In this document: piece after piece, positions 29,671 through 40,000 of the stretch | Layout of the letters: every line of letters begins with the position of its first letter | Numbering within the stretch: the stretch's first letter is position 1 | Assembly: GCF_021165955.1 (NCBI RefSeq) | Contig: NZ_CP088952.1 | Coordinates: 2,935,137 to 2,975,136 of the forward strand | Source of the DNA: Massilia endophytica | GTDB taxonomy: Bacteria > Pseudomonadota > Gammaproteobacteria > Burkholderiales > Burkholderiaceae_D | Length of the DNA: 40,000 nt | Reading direction: 5' to 3' | Made by a program: the position numbers and the translations under genes | Notes under the pieces: model-generated | Database searches by the model: none | What the model saw: the letters and a program-made list of their open reading frames with translations, nothing else | What the model was told of the DNA's origin: nothing

Positions 29671-30199
29671 AGAAGCACTCTCCAGCTATCCCGCCCCCAC
29701 CGTCAAGCGCCGCCTGATCTCCATGGTCTACGAGCTGCTGCTGGCGTTCGCCGTGCTGTTCCTGCCTTTCCTCGTGTTCGAGGTCGCCACGGGGGCGAGC
29801 CATACGCCTGTGGTGGAACATATGCGGCAGGCGCTGGCCTTCATCGTACTTGGCATCTATTTCATCCATCAATGGAGCCGCAAGGGCCAGACCCTGGCCA
29901 TGCAGACCTGGCGCATCCGCCTCGTGACCGCCGGTGGCGAAGCGCTGCCGCTGAAAATGGCCGTGCTGCGCTATCTCCTGAGCTGGATGTGGGTGCTGCC
30001 CGCCCTGGTGCTGGACTTCGCCCTGCAGCTGCAGCGCTGGCACGCCCTGTACGCCATTTTGGGCGGCATCGCACTGTGGTCGCTCACCGCATTCTTCGAC
30101 CGCGACCGCCAGTTCCTGCACGATAAGCTGGCAGGCACGCGCCTCGTCCAGCTACCGAAACCAACTAAGGCGGCGTCGGTCCCCCAACAGGCTAGCTAG
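29657..30199 (+). CDS. RDD-family membrane protein
   Basis: 180 aa. The ATG at 29657 overlaps the DUF3106 gene end by 14 nt. KRRLISMVYELLLAFAVLF..., QTLAMQTWRIRLV and FLHDKLAGTRLV are typical RDD-domain features. Confidence 0.8.
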   Translation: MPPSKEALSSYPAPTVKRRLISMVYELLLAFAVLFLPFLVFEVATGASHTPVVEHMRQALAFIVLGIYFIHQWSRKGQTLAMQTWRIRLVTAGGEALPLKMAVLRYLLSWMWVLPALVLDFALQLQRWHALYAILGGIALWSLTAFFDRDRQFLHDKLAGTRLVQLPKPTKAASVPQQAS

Positions 30200-30848
30200 G
30201 TCCGCGCTCCCCTCGCGCGACATGAATTCGTGCGCCAGACTGAACGATTATTTGCTGTACATGCTTGTCCTGATGCGAAACCAGCATCTCCGCGCGGTAG
30301 ATGCTTGCCGCTTCTTTGAGCGCAAGAAATGAGCAACTACCAAACGTAACCAGGCAAAGCAAAAAGAGCAGAACAGTCTGGCCCAAGGCCAGGCCTAGTA
30401 CTCCAGAAAAGACCAAGGGGACAAAAGCAACAAAAGCCAGAACAAAATACAGCACACCATATGTCCATTTGCGCCACGTTCTGGAGAATGAAGTGTAGTA
30501 CTTAGGCCGGAATTCGATCTGCAGGTTGCCAGAGGAAGGCAAATGCTCGATGTAGGAACGGCCAAGGACATAGTCCTTAAGTGCCCGTTCTGGGCGCTGC
30601 AACGATATCAGGTATTCAATGGCCTCGGAGCCAATCGACCGGTCACCAGCAATTGCGTGATACCCCTTCTCGCGAACAAAGGGGTGCATGTCTGGCTCTT
30701 CCTTAATAGCGGTTAGAAAGTCACGCGCGAATCGATACTCATCTCTCATACGATGATGCCTTCCCATCGCCAGCTCATACATTATGCGAGCAGCCCCTAC
30801 CACCGCCAGTAGCGTGGAGACAATTTTTAAACCGAAATCGAAATCCAT
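30192..30848 (-). CDS. hypothetical membrane protein in low-GC islet
   Basis: 218-aa ORF. The ATG at 30848 has AGGGA 5 nt upstream. It has an N-terminal helix (LKIVSTLLAVVGAARIMYELA), a soluble region of about 110 aa, then two or three TM helices (WTYGVLYFVLAFVAFVPLVFSGVLGLALGQTVLLFLLCLVTFGSCSFLAL). GC is about 48% in the counted row. No family recognised. Confidence 0.6.
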   Translation of the reverse strand: MDFDFGLKIVSTLLAVVGAARIMYELAMGRHHRMRDEYRFARDFLTAIKEEPDMHPFVREKGYHAIAGDRSIGSEAIEYLISLQRPERALKDYVLGRSYIEHLPSSGNLQIEFRPKYYTSFSRTWRKWTYGVLYFVLAFVAFVPLVFSGVLGLALGQTVLLFLLCLVTFGSCSFLALKEAASIYRAEMLVSHQDKHVQQIIVQSGARIHVARGERGPS

Positions 30849-30981
30849 GGTTTCCCTTGGAGGCGTTATTCGAGATCAGAGAATGCCACGACTGGAAGAG
30901 CGACTTGTTGACCTACCACAACGTTTCATTCCCTCAGGGCAGGAGAACTACACCGAGGGTCAATTTCCACTACGATAAGTC

Positions 30982-31323
30982 ATGGACCAAAGACGAGAGC
31001 ATGTACGGCGCCTGCTGCAAGTGCAAGCCACAGTTACTGAACTGAATGGCGGGGCCGTGCGCATCGTGCAGATCATCGACATCGCGCGCATGGGGGTGGC
31101 CTTCGTTACGCCCTATCCCATGATCCCGGACCGCTCCTACCGCTTCTGCTTCGCCTTTCCGGGGAGTTCAGTGCGCAACGATGCCGTAATCGACCTTGTC
31201 TACAGCCGTCCCTTCGGCAGCGAGGGCCGCTTCCGCAACGGCGCGCGCTTCCAGAGCCTGCCGCAGGAAAGCGTGGACCTGATTGTCGACTACGTCACCA
31301 GCGGCGCGTTCGAAGCGGCCTAG
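30982..31323 (+). CDS. stand-alone PilZ domain protein (c-di-GMP receptor candidate)
   Basis: 113 aa. The N-terminal RREHVR (RxxxR) and DIARMG (D/NxSxxG-like) motifs have the correct spacing for PilZ. An in-frame TAA lies two codons (6 nt) upstream of the ATG. There is no clear SD. Confidence 0.75.
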   Translation: MDQRREHVRRLLQVQATVTELNGGAVRIVQIIDIARMGVAFVTPYPMIPDRSYRFCFAFPGSSVRNDAVIDLVYSRPFGSEGRFRNGARFQSLPQESVDLIVDYVTSGAFEAA

Positions 31324-32000
31324 AAGCGCTCGTAGCCTTGCAGGTAGCGCCACTGTCCGGCGGGCAGGCCCGCCATGGCGATGCGCCCGAGGCGGATGCG
31401 CTTGATGGCGGTGGGCGTGAGGCCCACCGACCTGCACATCACGTCGATCTGCTGCGGCTTGGGCCCCTTCACCGCAAAGCGCAGGCGGCCTTCGTTCTGC
31501 CAGCTCACCTTGGCGCCGCCGCGATTGAGCTGGGCCAGGCCGTCTTCGGCGATGGTTCCGGACACGTCCACGATAATCTCCTGCTCCACCTTGTCGCCCT
31601 CCTCCACCAGCTTGCGCGCGACGCGGAAGTCCTGGGTGAAGACGAACAGGCCGCTGGCGTGGTCCGGCAGCGGCAGCGCAGGCGTCAGGTTGGCGATGTG
31701 GCGCCTGAGGAAGCGTTCGCGCCGCGCTTCGGCACTGCGGTTTGCTTCCGTGAGCAGGCCTGCAGCGCTCACGCCCGCAGGCTTGTGGAGAAGGATGGTG
31801 ACGGGCTGGATCTCCAGCAGCGTGGCATCCGGCGCAAGGGCCACCTGCTGCGCTGGCGCGACGCGCGCGCCGGGTTCCTCGATCACGAGGCCATCGACCA
31901 GCACATAGCCGCCTTCGATATAGAGTTCGGCCTCGCGCCGCGAACACGGCGCCATTTCGGCCACGCGCTTGGAGAGGCGGATCGTTGCGTCGTCCGTCAT
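31320..32000 (-). CDS. S4 domain protein with divergent RsuA/RluB-F-type pseudouridine synthase-like domain
   Basis: 226 aa. The N-terminal S4-like region is IRLSKRVAEMAPCSRREAELYIEGGYVLVDG. ILLHKPAGV and SGLFVFTQD align to RsuA-family blocks, but GRLD is PLPD and the R..Q(V/I)(K/R)RM block is PKPQQIDVM. The start overlaps the ltaE stop by 4 nt. Confidence 0.6.
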   Translation of the reverse strand: MTDDATIRLSKRVAEMAPCSRREAELYIEGGYVLVDGLVIEEPGARVAPAQQVALAPDATLLEIQPVTILLHKPAGVSAAGLLTEANRSAEARRERFLRRHIANLTPALPLPDHASGLFVFTQDFRVARKLVEEGDKVEQEIIVDVSGTIAEDGLAQLNRGGAKVSWQNEGRLRFAVKGPKPQQIDVMCRSVGLTPTAIKRIRLGRIAMAGLPAGQWRYLQGYERF

Positions 32001-33019
32001 GCCTGCCAGCGCTGGAAGAAGTGCGTGAACACGGCGGCCACCGTTTCCATGTCGGCGCGCGACACGTCAAGGTGAGTCACCAGGCGCAGGCGCGGCGACA
32101 TCGACACGCGGATGCGCTCGGCCAGCAGCGCTTCGTTCAGCGCGGCGGCGGCCTCGCGCGGCACGTCGACATAGAAGATATTGGTCTGCGGAATACTCAC
32201 CTTGAGCGCACCGATCTTCGCCAGTTCGGCGGAGAGGAAGGCCGCGTTGTCGTGGTCCTCCGCCAGACGCGCCACGTTGTTCTGCAGGGCGTAAAGGCCT
32301 GCGGCTGCGAGCACGCCTGCCTGGCGCATGCCGCCGCCCAGCATCTTGCGCCAGCGCTTGCCCTGTTCGATCAGGGCGCGGCTGCCGCACAGCACGGAGC
32401 CGACCGGCGCGCCGAGCCCCTTGGACAGGCAGACGGATACGCTGTCGAAACCCGCCACGGCGTCCTTCAGCGCACTGCCCTGCTTCACGGCGGCGTTGCA
32501 GATGCGGGCGCCGTCCAGGTGGGTGTTCAGGCCGCGCAGGTGGGCCAGGCGCGTCGCCTGGGCCAGATAGTCGGCGGGCAGCACGCGGCCGCCGATGGTG
32601 TTCTCCAGCGCCAGCAGCCGGGTGCGCGCGAAATGCACGTCGTCCGGCTTGATCTGGGCTTCGATGTCGGCGATGGCGAGCGTGCCGTCCGCCTGGTTGG
32701 CGATGGGCTGCGGCTGGATGCTGCCCAGCACCGCGGCGCCGCCGCCTTCGTAGCGGTAGGTATGCGCTTCCTGGCCGACGAGGTATTCGTCGCCCCGTCC
32801 GCAATGGGCCAGCAGCGCGATCAGGTTGCTCTGCGTGCCGGATGGCGCGAACAGCGCCGCCTCGTAGCCGAACAGCTCCGCCGTGTAGTCCTGCAAGGCA
32901 TTGACGGTGGGGTCGTCGCCATACACATCGTCGCCCACCGGCGCGGCGTGCATGGCCTCGCGCATGGCCGCGGAGGGCTGGGTAACGGTGTCGCTGCGCA
33001 GGTCGATCCAGTGGCTCAT
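31997..33019 (-). CDS. ltaE: low-specificity L-threonine aldolase
   Basis: 340 aa. [19 protein letters not shown]...[15 protein letters not shown] and the PLP-lysine context ([12 protein letters not shown]) are present. Confidence 0.9.
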   Translation of the reverse strand: MSHWIDLRSDTVTQPSAAMREAMHAAPVGDDVYGDDPTVNALQDYTAELFGYEAALFAPSGTQSNLIALLAHCGRGDEYLVGQEAHTYRYEGGGAAVLGSIQPQPIANQADGTLAIADIEAQIKPDDVHFARTRLLALENTIGGRVLPADYLAQATRLAHLRGLNTHLDGARICNAAVKQGSALKDAVAGFDSVSVCLSKGLGAPVGSVLCGSRALIEQGKRWRKMLGGGMRQAGVLAAAGLYALQNNVARLAEDHDNAAFLSAELAKIGALKVSIPQTNIFYVDVPREAAAALNEALLAERIRVSMSPRLRLVTHLDVSRADMETVAAVFTHFFQRWQA

Positions 33020-33897
33020 GCGGTTTCCTGTCCGGTATAGAAGCGGTGGCCCAGCTCTTCCAGGCCGACGGTTTCCAGCACCTCCTGCAGGCGCTCGGAG
33101 GGACGGCGCCGCGGCAGGTTCTTGTAGGTGGCGATAATCAGCTCGTTCTTCATCGAGTGCTCCCAGCCCACCAGCTCCGTCACATTGACCTGGTAGCCGT
33201 GCGCTTCGAGCTGGAGGCAGCGCAGCACATTCGTGATCTGGCTGCCGAACTCGCGGGTGTGGATGGGATGGCGCCAGATCTCAGTCAGCGCGCTCTTGCC
33301 CAGGGCCTGGCCCTTGTTCTTGCGCAGCACCGAGGCCACTTCCGCCTGGCAGCAGGGCACCAGCACCATATGCTTCGCCTTCTTCTTCAGAGCGAAGTCG
33401 ATGGCGTCGTCGGTCGCCGTATTGCAGGCGTGGAGGGCCGTGACGATGTCGATCTGCGGCGGCAGCGCGTCCGAGGTGGTGGATTCGGCCACCGAGAGCG
33501 GCAGGAAGGACATGCCGGGGAAACTGAATTTCTGCGCCAGCTCGCGCGAACGCTGCACCAGCTCTTCGCGCGTTTCGATGCCGTAGATGTGGGAATCGCC
33601 GCCAAGCTGCTTGAAGAACAGGTCGTAGATGATGAAGCCGAGGTAGGACTTGCCCGCGCCATGGTCCACCAGCGACACGCTGCCCTTCTCTTCCAGCACG
33701 TCCTTGAGCAGGGGCTCGATGAACTGATACAGGTGATAGACCTGTTTCAGCTTGCGGCGGCTGTCCTGGTTGAGCTTTCCGTCGCGCGTGAGGATGTGCA
33801 GCTCCTGAAGCAGCGCGACGGACTGTCCCGGCTTGATCTCCGGGATGTCCGTCACTTCGGCGGGCAGTGCTGCGGGGGCTGGCTTATTGCGCTTCAT
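33016..33897 (-). CDS. class I SAM-dependent methyltransferase
   Basis: The ATG at 33897 (MKRNKPAP...) gives 293 aa; the track start at 34053 would run through iscX. SAM motif I is present ([13 protein letters not shown]). The gene overlaps the iscX 3' end by 14 nt and the ltaE start by 4 nt. Confidence 0.75.
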   Translation of the reverse strand: MKRNKPAPAALPAEVTDIPEIKPGQSVALLQELHILTRDGKLNQDSRRKLKQVYHLYQFIEPLLKDVLEEKGSVSLVDHGAGKSYLGFIIYDLFFKQLGGDSHIYGIETREELVQRSRELAQKFSFPGMSFLPLSVAESTTSDALPPQIDIVTALHACNTATDDAIDFALKKKAKHMVLVPCCQAEVASVLRKNKGQALGKSALTEIWRHPIHTREFGSQITNVLRCLQLEAHGYQVNVTELVGWEHSMKNELIIATYKNLPRRRPSERLQEVLETVGLEELGHRFYTGQETA

Positions 33898-34078
33898 CGA
33901 TCCATGCCTGCTGAATCGCCTCCAGGATCTTTTCGCCGCCGCGCTTGTGGTCGTCGTCGAAGCCTTCCAGCGTGACGACCCAGTTATGCAGGTCGGTGAA
34001 GCGGATCGTGGTCGGATCCAGGTTGGGGTATTTGTCGTACAGCGCTTCGGCAATCGCCGTGATGTCAGTCCATTTCAT
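33884..34078 (-). CDS. iscX: Fe-S cluster assembly protein IscX
   Basis: 64 aa, [34 protein letters not shown]... GGGAG lies upstream, and the gene follows fdx. Confidence 0.9.
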   Translation of the reverse strand: MKWTDITAIAEALYDKYPNLDPTTIRFTDLHNWVVTLEGFDDDHKRGGEKILEAIQQAWIDEAQ

Positions 34079-34091
34079 CGCAGGCTCCCAG

Positions 34092-34433
34092 TCAGTGGCC
34101 GCCTTCGCTGGCGTGGTTGATGGTGTACTTCGGAATCTCGATCACGAGGTCCTCGTCCGCCACGATGGCCTGGCAGGACAGGCGCGACACCGCTTCCAGG
34201 CCCCAGGCCTTGTCCAGCAGGTCCTCTTCCGTTTCGCTGGCCTCGTTCAGCGAGTCGAAGCCTTCACGCACCAGCACGTGGCAGGTGGTGCAGGCACAGG
34301 ATTTCTCGCAGGCGTGTTCGATATGGATATCGTTGTCCAGCAGGACGTCGCACACGGACTTGCCGGATTCGGTTTCGATCACGGCGCCTTCGGGGCACAG
34401 CTTGGCGTGAGGGAGAATGACGATTTGGGGCAC
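34092..34433 (-). CDS. fdx: ISC-system [2Fe-2S] ferredoxin
   Basis: 113 aa with a GTG start. (M)[19 protein letters not shown]... is adrenodoxin-type, with the cysteine pattern C..ACTTCH...C. Confidence 0.93.
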   Translation of the reverse strand: MPQIVILPHAKLCPEGAVIETESGKSVCDVLLDNDIHIEHACEKSCACTTCHVLVREGFDSLNEASETEEDLLDKAWGLEAVSRLSCQAIVADEDLVIEIPKYTINHASEGGH

Positions 34434-34456
34434 GGAGCTACCTTTGTAATGATGTG

Positions 34457-36337
<1,881 letters not shown>

Positions 36338-36399
36338 TTAAATCACGCCTCGCGAGGCTCTGTCTTATTGTTCAAAGTATGGCGCGGATGGCGCCATCG

Positions 36400-36915
36400 C
36401 TATGCTTCGATGGCAGCGTAGCTGTGCTCTATCTCTTCCCGGAATTTTTCGAGGAACATCAGGGCGCGCACGCCCTGCGCGGCCGCATGGAAGTCGCCGC
36501 CGTTCAGCGCCGCCTCGATTTCCTGCAGCTGCTTCTTGCGCGCGGAGCGCAGCTCGCCATCCAGTTCGTCCAGCTGCTCCGTATTCTTTTCCGAACGCGC
36601 TTCGGCCAGGGCCTCGCGCCACTCCATCTGCTGCATCAGGAAGGCCATCGGCATGGCGGTGTTCGATTCGGTCTGCAGGTCCACGCCATTGAGCTCGCAC
36701 AAATAGGCTGCCCGCTTCTGCGGGTTCTTCAGCGTCTGGTAAGCCTCGTTGGCGCGCGTGGCCCATTGCATGGCGACGCGCTTCTCGGCATCGGTGGCGT
36801 TGACGAATTTGTCGGGATGGACGCGTCCCTGGACCTCGCGGTAGGCGGCGTCCAGGGCGCCGCTGTCAATGGCGAACTGCTGCGGCAGTTGGAAGAGCTC
36901 GAAGTGGTTTTGCAC
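36400..36915 (-). CDS. hscB: Fe-S cluster co-chaperone HscB (J-domain)
   Basis: 171 aa with a GTG start. NHFELFQLPQQFAIDSGALDAAYREVQGRVHPDKF contains the J-domain HPD motif. Confidence 0.9.
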   Translation of the reverse strand: MQNHFELFQLPQQFAIDSGALDAAYREVQGRVHPDKFVNATDAEKRVAMQWATRANEAYQTLKNPQKRAAYLCELNGVDLQTESNTAMPMAFLMQQMEWREALAEARSEKNTEQLDELDGELRSARKKQLQEIEAALNGGDFHAAAQGVRALMFLEKFREEIEHSYAAIEA

Positions 36916-36929
36916 GGTGCATCGACGGA

Positions 36930-37253
36930 TCAGATACGGAAGCTTTCGCCGCAGCCGCAGGCGTCTTTCTCGTTCGGGTTGTTGAACTTGAAGCCTTCGT
37001 TCAGGCCTTCGCGGGCGAAGTCCAGCTCCGTGCCGTCGATGTACGGCAGGCTTTTCGGATCGACAAACACCTTCACGCCGTGCGACTCGAAGACCTGGTC
37101 TTCCGGCGCCACTTCGTCCACGTATTCCAGCTTGTAGGCCAGCCCCGAGCAGCCGGTGGTGCGCACGCCGAAGCGCAGGCCGACGCCCTTTCCGCGGCGT
37201 TCGATATACCGGTTGATGTGCTTCGCTGCTTTTTCAGTCAGGGTGATTGCCAT
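36930..37253 (-). CDS. iscA: iron-binding Fe-S assembly protein IscA
   Basis: 107 aa, [17 protein letters not shown]...[13 protein letters not shown]...CGCGESF. Confidence 0.95.
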   Translation of the reverse strand: MAITLTEKAAKHINRYIERRGKGVGLRFGVRTTGCSGLAYKLEYVDEVAPEDQVFESHGVKVFVDPKSLPYIDGTELDFAREGLNEGFKFNNPNEKDACGCGESFRI

Positions 37254-37270
37254 ACTTCCTCCGTGTTGCC

Positions 37271-37657
37271 TCAGGCGTCTGCGTGCTTGGCCTTGTAGTC
37301 CTGCACGGCGGCCTTGATCGCGTCTTCCGCCAGGATCGAGCAGTGGATCTTCACCGGCGGCAGGGCCAGTTCTTCGGCGATCTGGGTGTTCTTGATGGCC
37401 AGCGCCTCATCCAGCGACTTGCCCTTGACCCATTCCGTCACCAGCGAGCTGGAGGCGATGGCCGAACCGCAGCCGTAGGTCTTGAACTTCGCGTCTTCGA
37501 TCAGGCCGTTCGCGCCGACCTTGATCTGCAGTTTCATCACGTCGCCGCAGGCCGGTGCGCCGACCATGCCGGTGCCCACGCTTTCATCGCCTTTTTCAAA
37601 GGCGCCCACATTGCGCGGATTTTCGTAGTGGTCGAGAACTTTTTCCGAGTAAGCCAT
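37271..37657 (-). CDS. iscU: Fe-S cluster scaffold IscU
   Basis: 128 aa, [18 protein letters not shown]...[13 protein letters not shown]...[13 protein letters not shown]...LPPVKIHCS. Confidence 0.97.
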   Translation of the reverse strand: MAYSEKVLDHYENPRNVGAFEKGDESVGTGMVGAPACGDVMKLQIKVGANGLIEDAKFKTYGCGSAIASSSLVTEWVKGKSLDEALAIKNTQIAEELALPPVKIHCSILAEDAIKAAVQDYKAKHADA

Positions 37658-37691
37658 GATGTGCTCCTGATATAAATCGTTAGCGGCGCGC

Positions 37692-38957
37692 TTAGTGCGC
37701 GGCCCATTGGATCGAATTGATGTCGATCCCTTCCTTGAACATGTCCCACAGCGGCGACAGCTCGCGCAGCTTGCCCACCTTGGACTTCATCAGCTCCACG
37801 GCGAAGTCGATGTCCTGCTCGGTGGTGAAGCGGCCGATTGTGAAGCGGATGGAGCTGTGCGCCAGTTCGTCGCTGCGGCCCAGGGCGCGCAGCACGTAGG
37901 ACGGCTCCAGGCTGGCCGAGGTGCAGGCCGAACCGGACGACACGGCCAGATCCTTCACGGCCATGATCAGCGACTCGCCTTCCACGTAGTTGAAGCTGAC
38001 GTTCAGGTTGTGCGGCACGCGGTGGTCCATGTCGCCGTTGACATAGGTCTCTTCGATTTCCGTCAAGCCCTTGGCCAGGCGGTCGCGCAGGGCCTTGATG
38101 CGTGCAATCTCGCTGTCCATCTCTTCCTTCGCGATGCGGAAGGCTTCGCCCATGCCCACGATCTGGTGGGTGGGCAGCGTGCCCGAACGCAGGCCGCGTT
38201 CGTGGCCGCCGCCGTGCATCTGCGCTTCGATGCGCACGCGCGGCTTGCGGCAGACGTACAGCGCGCCCACGCCTTTCGGGCCGTAGGTCTTGTGCGCGGT
38301 GAAGGTCATGAGGTCGACCTTGGTCTTCTGCAGATCGATGTGCACCTTGCCGGTCGCCTGCGCGGCGTCACAGTGGAAGATGATGCCCTTGCTGCGGCAC
38401 AGGGCGCCGATTTCGTCGATGGGCTGGATCACGCCGATCTCGTTATTCACCAGCATCACGGACACGAGGATGGTGTCCGGGCGCAGCGCGGCCGTCAGCT
38501 GTTCGATGGTGATCAGGCCATTGTCCTGCGGGTCCAGATAGGTGGCTTCGAAGCCCTGGCGCTCCAGTTCGCGCACGGTGTCCAGCACGGCCTTGTGCTC
38601 GGTCTTCACGGTGACGATGTGCTTGCCCTTGGACTTGTAGAACTGGGCCGCGCCCTTGATGGCCAGGTTGTTGCTCTCGGTGGCGCCCGAGGTCCAGATG
38701 ATTTCGCGCGGGTCGGCATTGACGAGGGCCGCCACATGGCCGCGCGCCTCTTCCACCGCCGCTTCCGCCGTCCAGCCGTACATATGGCTGCGGGATGCGG
38801 CATTGCCGAACTGCTCGCGCAGGTAGGGAATCATCTTGTCCGCGACGCGGGGATCGATCGGCGTGGTGGCCGAATAGTCCATATAGATGGGGAAATGCGG
38901 CGCAGTGTGGAATTCCACGGGAGCTACCTGGGCGACTTTTTTCTCTGGGGCGTTCAT
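37692..38957 (-). CDS. iscS: cysteine desulfurase IscS
   Basis: 421 aa. The ATG at 38957 has AGGAG 6 nt upstream. Present are [11 protein letters not shown], the PLP-lysine context [11 protein letters not shown], the active-site loop SSGSACTS and the C-terminus WAAH. Confidence 0.97.
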   Translation of the reverse strand: MNAPEKKVAQVAPVEFHTAPHFPIYMDYSATTPIDPRVADKMIPYLREQFGNAASRSHMYGWTAEAAVEEARGHVAALVNADPREIIWTSGATESNNLAIKGAAQFYKSKGKHIVTVKTEHKAVLDTVRELERQGFEATYLDPQDNGLITIEQLTAALRPDTILVSVMLVNNEIGVIQPIDEIGALCRSKGIIFHCDAAQATGKVHIDLQKTKVDLMTFTAHKTYGPKGVGALYVCRKPRVRIEAQMHGGGHERGLRSGTLPTHQIVGMGEAFRIAKEEMDSEIARIKALRDRLAKGLTEIEETYVNGDMDHRVPHNLNVSFNYVEGESLIMAVKDLAVSSGSACTSASLEPSYVLRALGRSDELAHSSIRFTIGRFTTEQDIDFAVELMKSKVGKLRELSPLWDMFKEGIDINSIQWAAH

Positions 38958-38970
38958 CTGCTACTCCTGT

Positions 38971-39447
38971 TTAACCGAGGGCGGCTTCGCTGCGGTGCAT
39001 CACCACGACGTTCTGCTCGGCGTTTTTCTGTTTCTGCTGGTCGACCAGGTCCTGCAGGGACACGGAATCGAGATAGTCGACCATCTTTTCGTTCAGCGTG
39101 GCCCACAGCTCGTGGGTCATGCAGCGGGCGCCCGTGGCCTTGTTGGCGCCATGGCAGTTTTCCTTGCCGCCGCACTGGGTGGCGTCGAGGGGTTCATCGA
39201 CGGCAATAATGATGTCGGCGACCGTGACCTTGTCCGCCCGGCGCGCCAGGCTGTAGCCGCCGCCCGGACCGCGGATGGACTCCACGATCTCATGGCGGCG
39301 CAGCTTGCCGAACAGCTGCTCCAGGTAGGACAGGGAAATGGCCTGCCGCTGGCTGATGCCGGACAGCGTGACAGGGCCCTTGCCCTGGCGCATGGCCAGG
39401 TCAATCATCGCAGTGACTGCAAATCGGCCTTTGGTAGTCAAACGCAT
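38971..39447 (-). CDS. iscR: Rrf2-family Fe-S transcriptional regulator IscR
   Basis: 158 aa, MRLTTKGRFAVTAMIDLA..., with LSYLEQLFGKLRR and the cluster ligands C..(5)..C..(5)..C (DATQCGGKENCHGANKATGARCMTHELW). Confidence 0.93.
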   Translation of the reverse strand: MRLTTKGRFAVTAMIDLAMRQGKGPVTLSGISQRQAISLSYLEQLFGKLRRHEIVESIRGPGGGYSLARRADKVTVADIIIAVDEPLDATQCGGKENCHGANKATGARCMTHELWATLNEKMVDYLDSVSLQDLVDQQKQKNAEQNVVVMHRSEAALG

Positions 39448-39504
39448 ACAAGCTCGCTTCCTTCGGTTAAAATCTTGCCTTCGCCAAGCAAGCCAATTCC
39501 GGAT

Positions 39505-39527
39505 TACTTGATCGATTTGGTCAAGTA
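39505..39527. promoter_or_regulatory. candidate IscR operator (perfect 7-bp inverted repeat) in the iscR promoter region
   Basis: TACTTGA-tcgatttgg-TCAAGTA at 39505-39527, 58 nt upstream of the iscR ATG. It resembles the type-1 IscR box (ATAsyyGACTrwwwyAGTCrrsTAT) in layout, and a TTGACC hexamer overlaps it on the minus strand. Confidence 0.5.
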
Positions 39528-39590
39528 TAACAGAGTTGGGAAATCTTGTCCGGGAGCCCTTTTTTTGACGCGGGGCAGCAAAAAGCCCGG

Positions 39591-39992
39591 TCAGCCCAGC
39601 AGGTCGTGGGAATTCAGGATGGTGAAGGCGATCTCGGGATTGCTTTCAAGACAACGCCTGATGGCGGCCGGAATGGCCTGCCGGGTCTTGCGGCACAGTC
39701 CCGGCATCTCTCTTACCTCGATGTGGAAGCCGCGCACCGTGCGCACCTCGTTCGGGCCGGGCGCAATGGTCAGGGAAATTCCCAGCTGTTCGCGCAGGCG
39801 CTCCCCGATCCGCAGCAGTTCGGCATAGCTGCCGATGGCCTCGATGCGTTCGATCAGGCGCTTCTCCTCTTCCTTCGTCAGGCGCAGCACGCGCCGGTCC
39901 GCCGCCGGATCGTCCAGCAGACGCTCGCGCTCGCAGACGCAGGCGCCGGGCGGGCATTCCTTACGGATAGGAAAAGCAGGCGGATGCAGCAT
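39591..39992 (-). CDS. hypothetical protein with N-terminal Cys cluster; start may lie beyond window
   Basis: 133-aa ORF (…CPPGACVCERE…RLTKEEEKRLIERIEAIGSYAELLRIGERLREQLGISL…). No in-frame stop lies between the ATG at 39992 and the window end, so the N-terminus is unresolved. No family recognised. Confidence 0.5.
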   Translation of the reverse strand: MLHPPAFPIRKECPPGACVCERERLLDDPAADRRVLRLTKEEEKRLIERIEAIGSYAELLRIGERLREQLGISLTIAPGPNEVRTVRGFHIEVREMPGLCRKTRQAIPAAIRRCLESNPEIAFTILNSHDLLG

Positions 39993-40000
39993 TGGACGGT

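Overview
This is a high-GC window (by eye about 63-66%; hand-counted 60-nt rows in accessory patches fall to 45-57%). Gene order and protein sequences suggest a betaproteobacterial chromosome, probably Burkholderiales/Oxalobacteraceae. That placement is inference and I cannot run a search.

The backbone is core housekeeping, mostly on the minus strand:
- nuoD'-nuoC-nuoB-nuoA, tRNA-Leu(GAG), secG, tpiA and a quinone oxidoreductase
- pnp and rpsO
- leuA and pssA
- ilvC-ilvH-ilvI
- an ECF sigma / DUF3619 / DUF3106 / RDD module on the plus strand
- a complete isc cluster (iscR-iscS-iscU-iscA-hscB-hscA-fdx-iscX), followed by a translationally coupled methyltransferase, ltaE and an S4/pseudouridine-synthase-like gene

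Several accessory patches are set into this backbone:
1. About 4.3-13.75 kb: Sel1-repeat protein, DUF2807-like protein, three small ORFs, a zinc-ribbon/coiled-coil membrane protein, a cytochrome-c-fused PQQ-type sugar dehydrogenase, an MCP, a PD40/TolB-like protein and an apparently intact group II intron.
2. About 21.7-24.1 kb: a secreted hypothetical, a GyrI-like protein, a SIMPL protein, a DUF1902/HicB-like antitoxin and a decayed HicA.
3. About 30.2-31.0 kb: a low-GC single-gene islet encoding an unknown membrane protein.

The clearest non-housekeeping element is a compact class-C-like (IIC) group II intron. It sits 9 nt behind the pnp intrinsic terminator, and its 3' end overlaps the stop codon of the convergent gene.

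I see no CRISPR array, no rRNA and no recognisable multi-gene defence system. The candidates for undescribed biology are single genes or small modules (the low-GC membrane protein, the coupled small-ORF pair, the zinc-ribbon membrane protein, the ECF module), and all are flagged as speculative. Many long ORFs in the track are antisense artefacts of high GC and were rejected.
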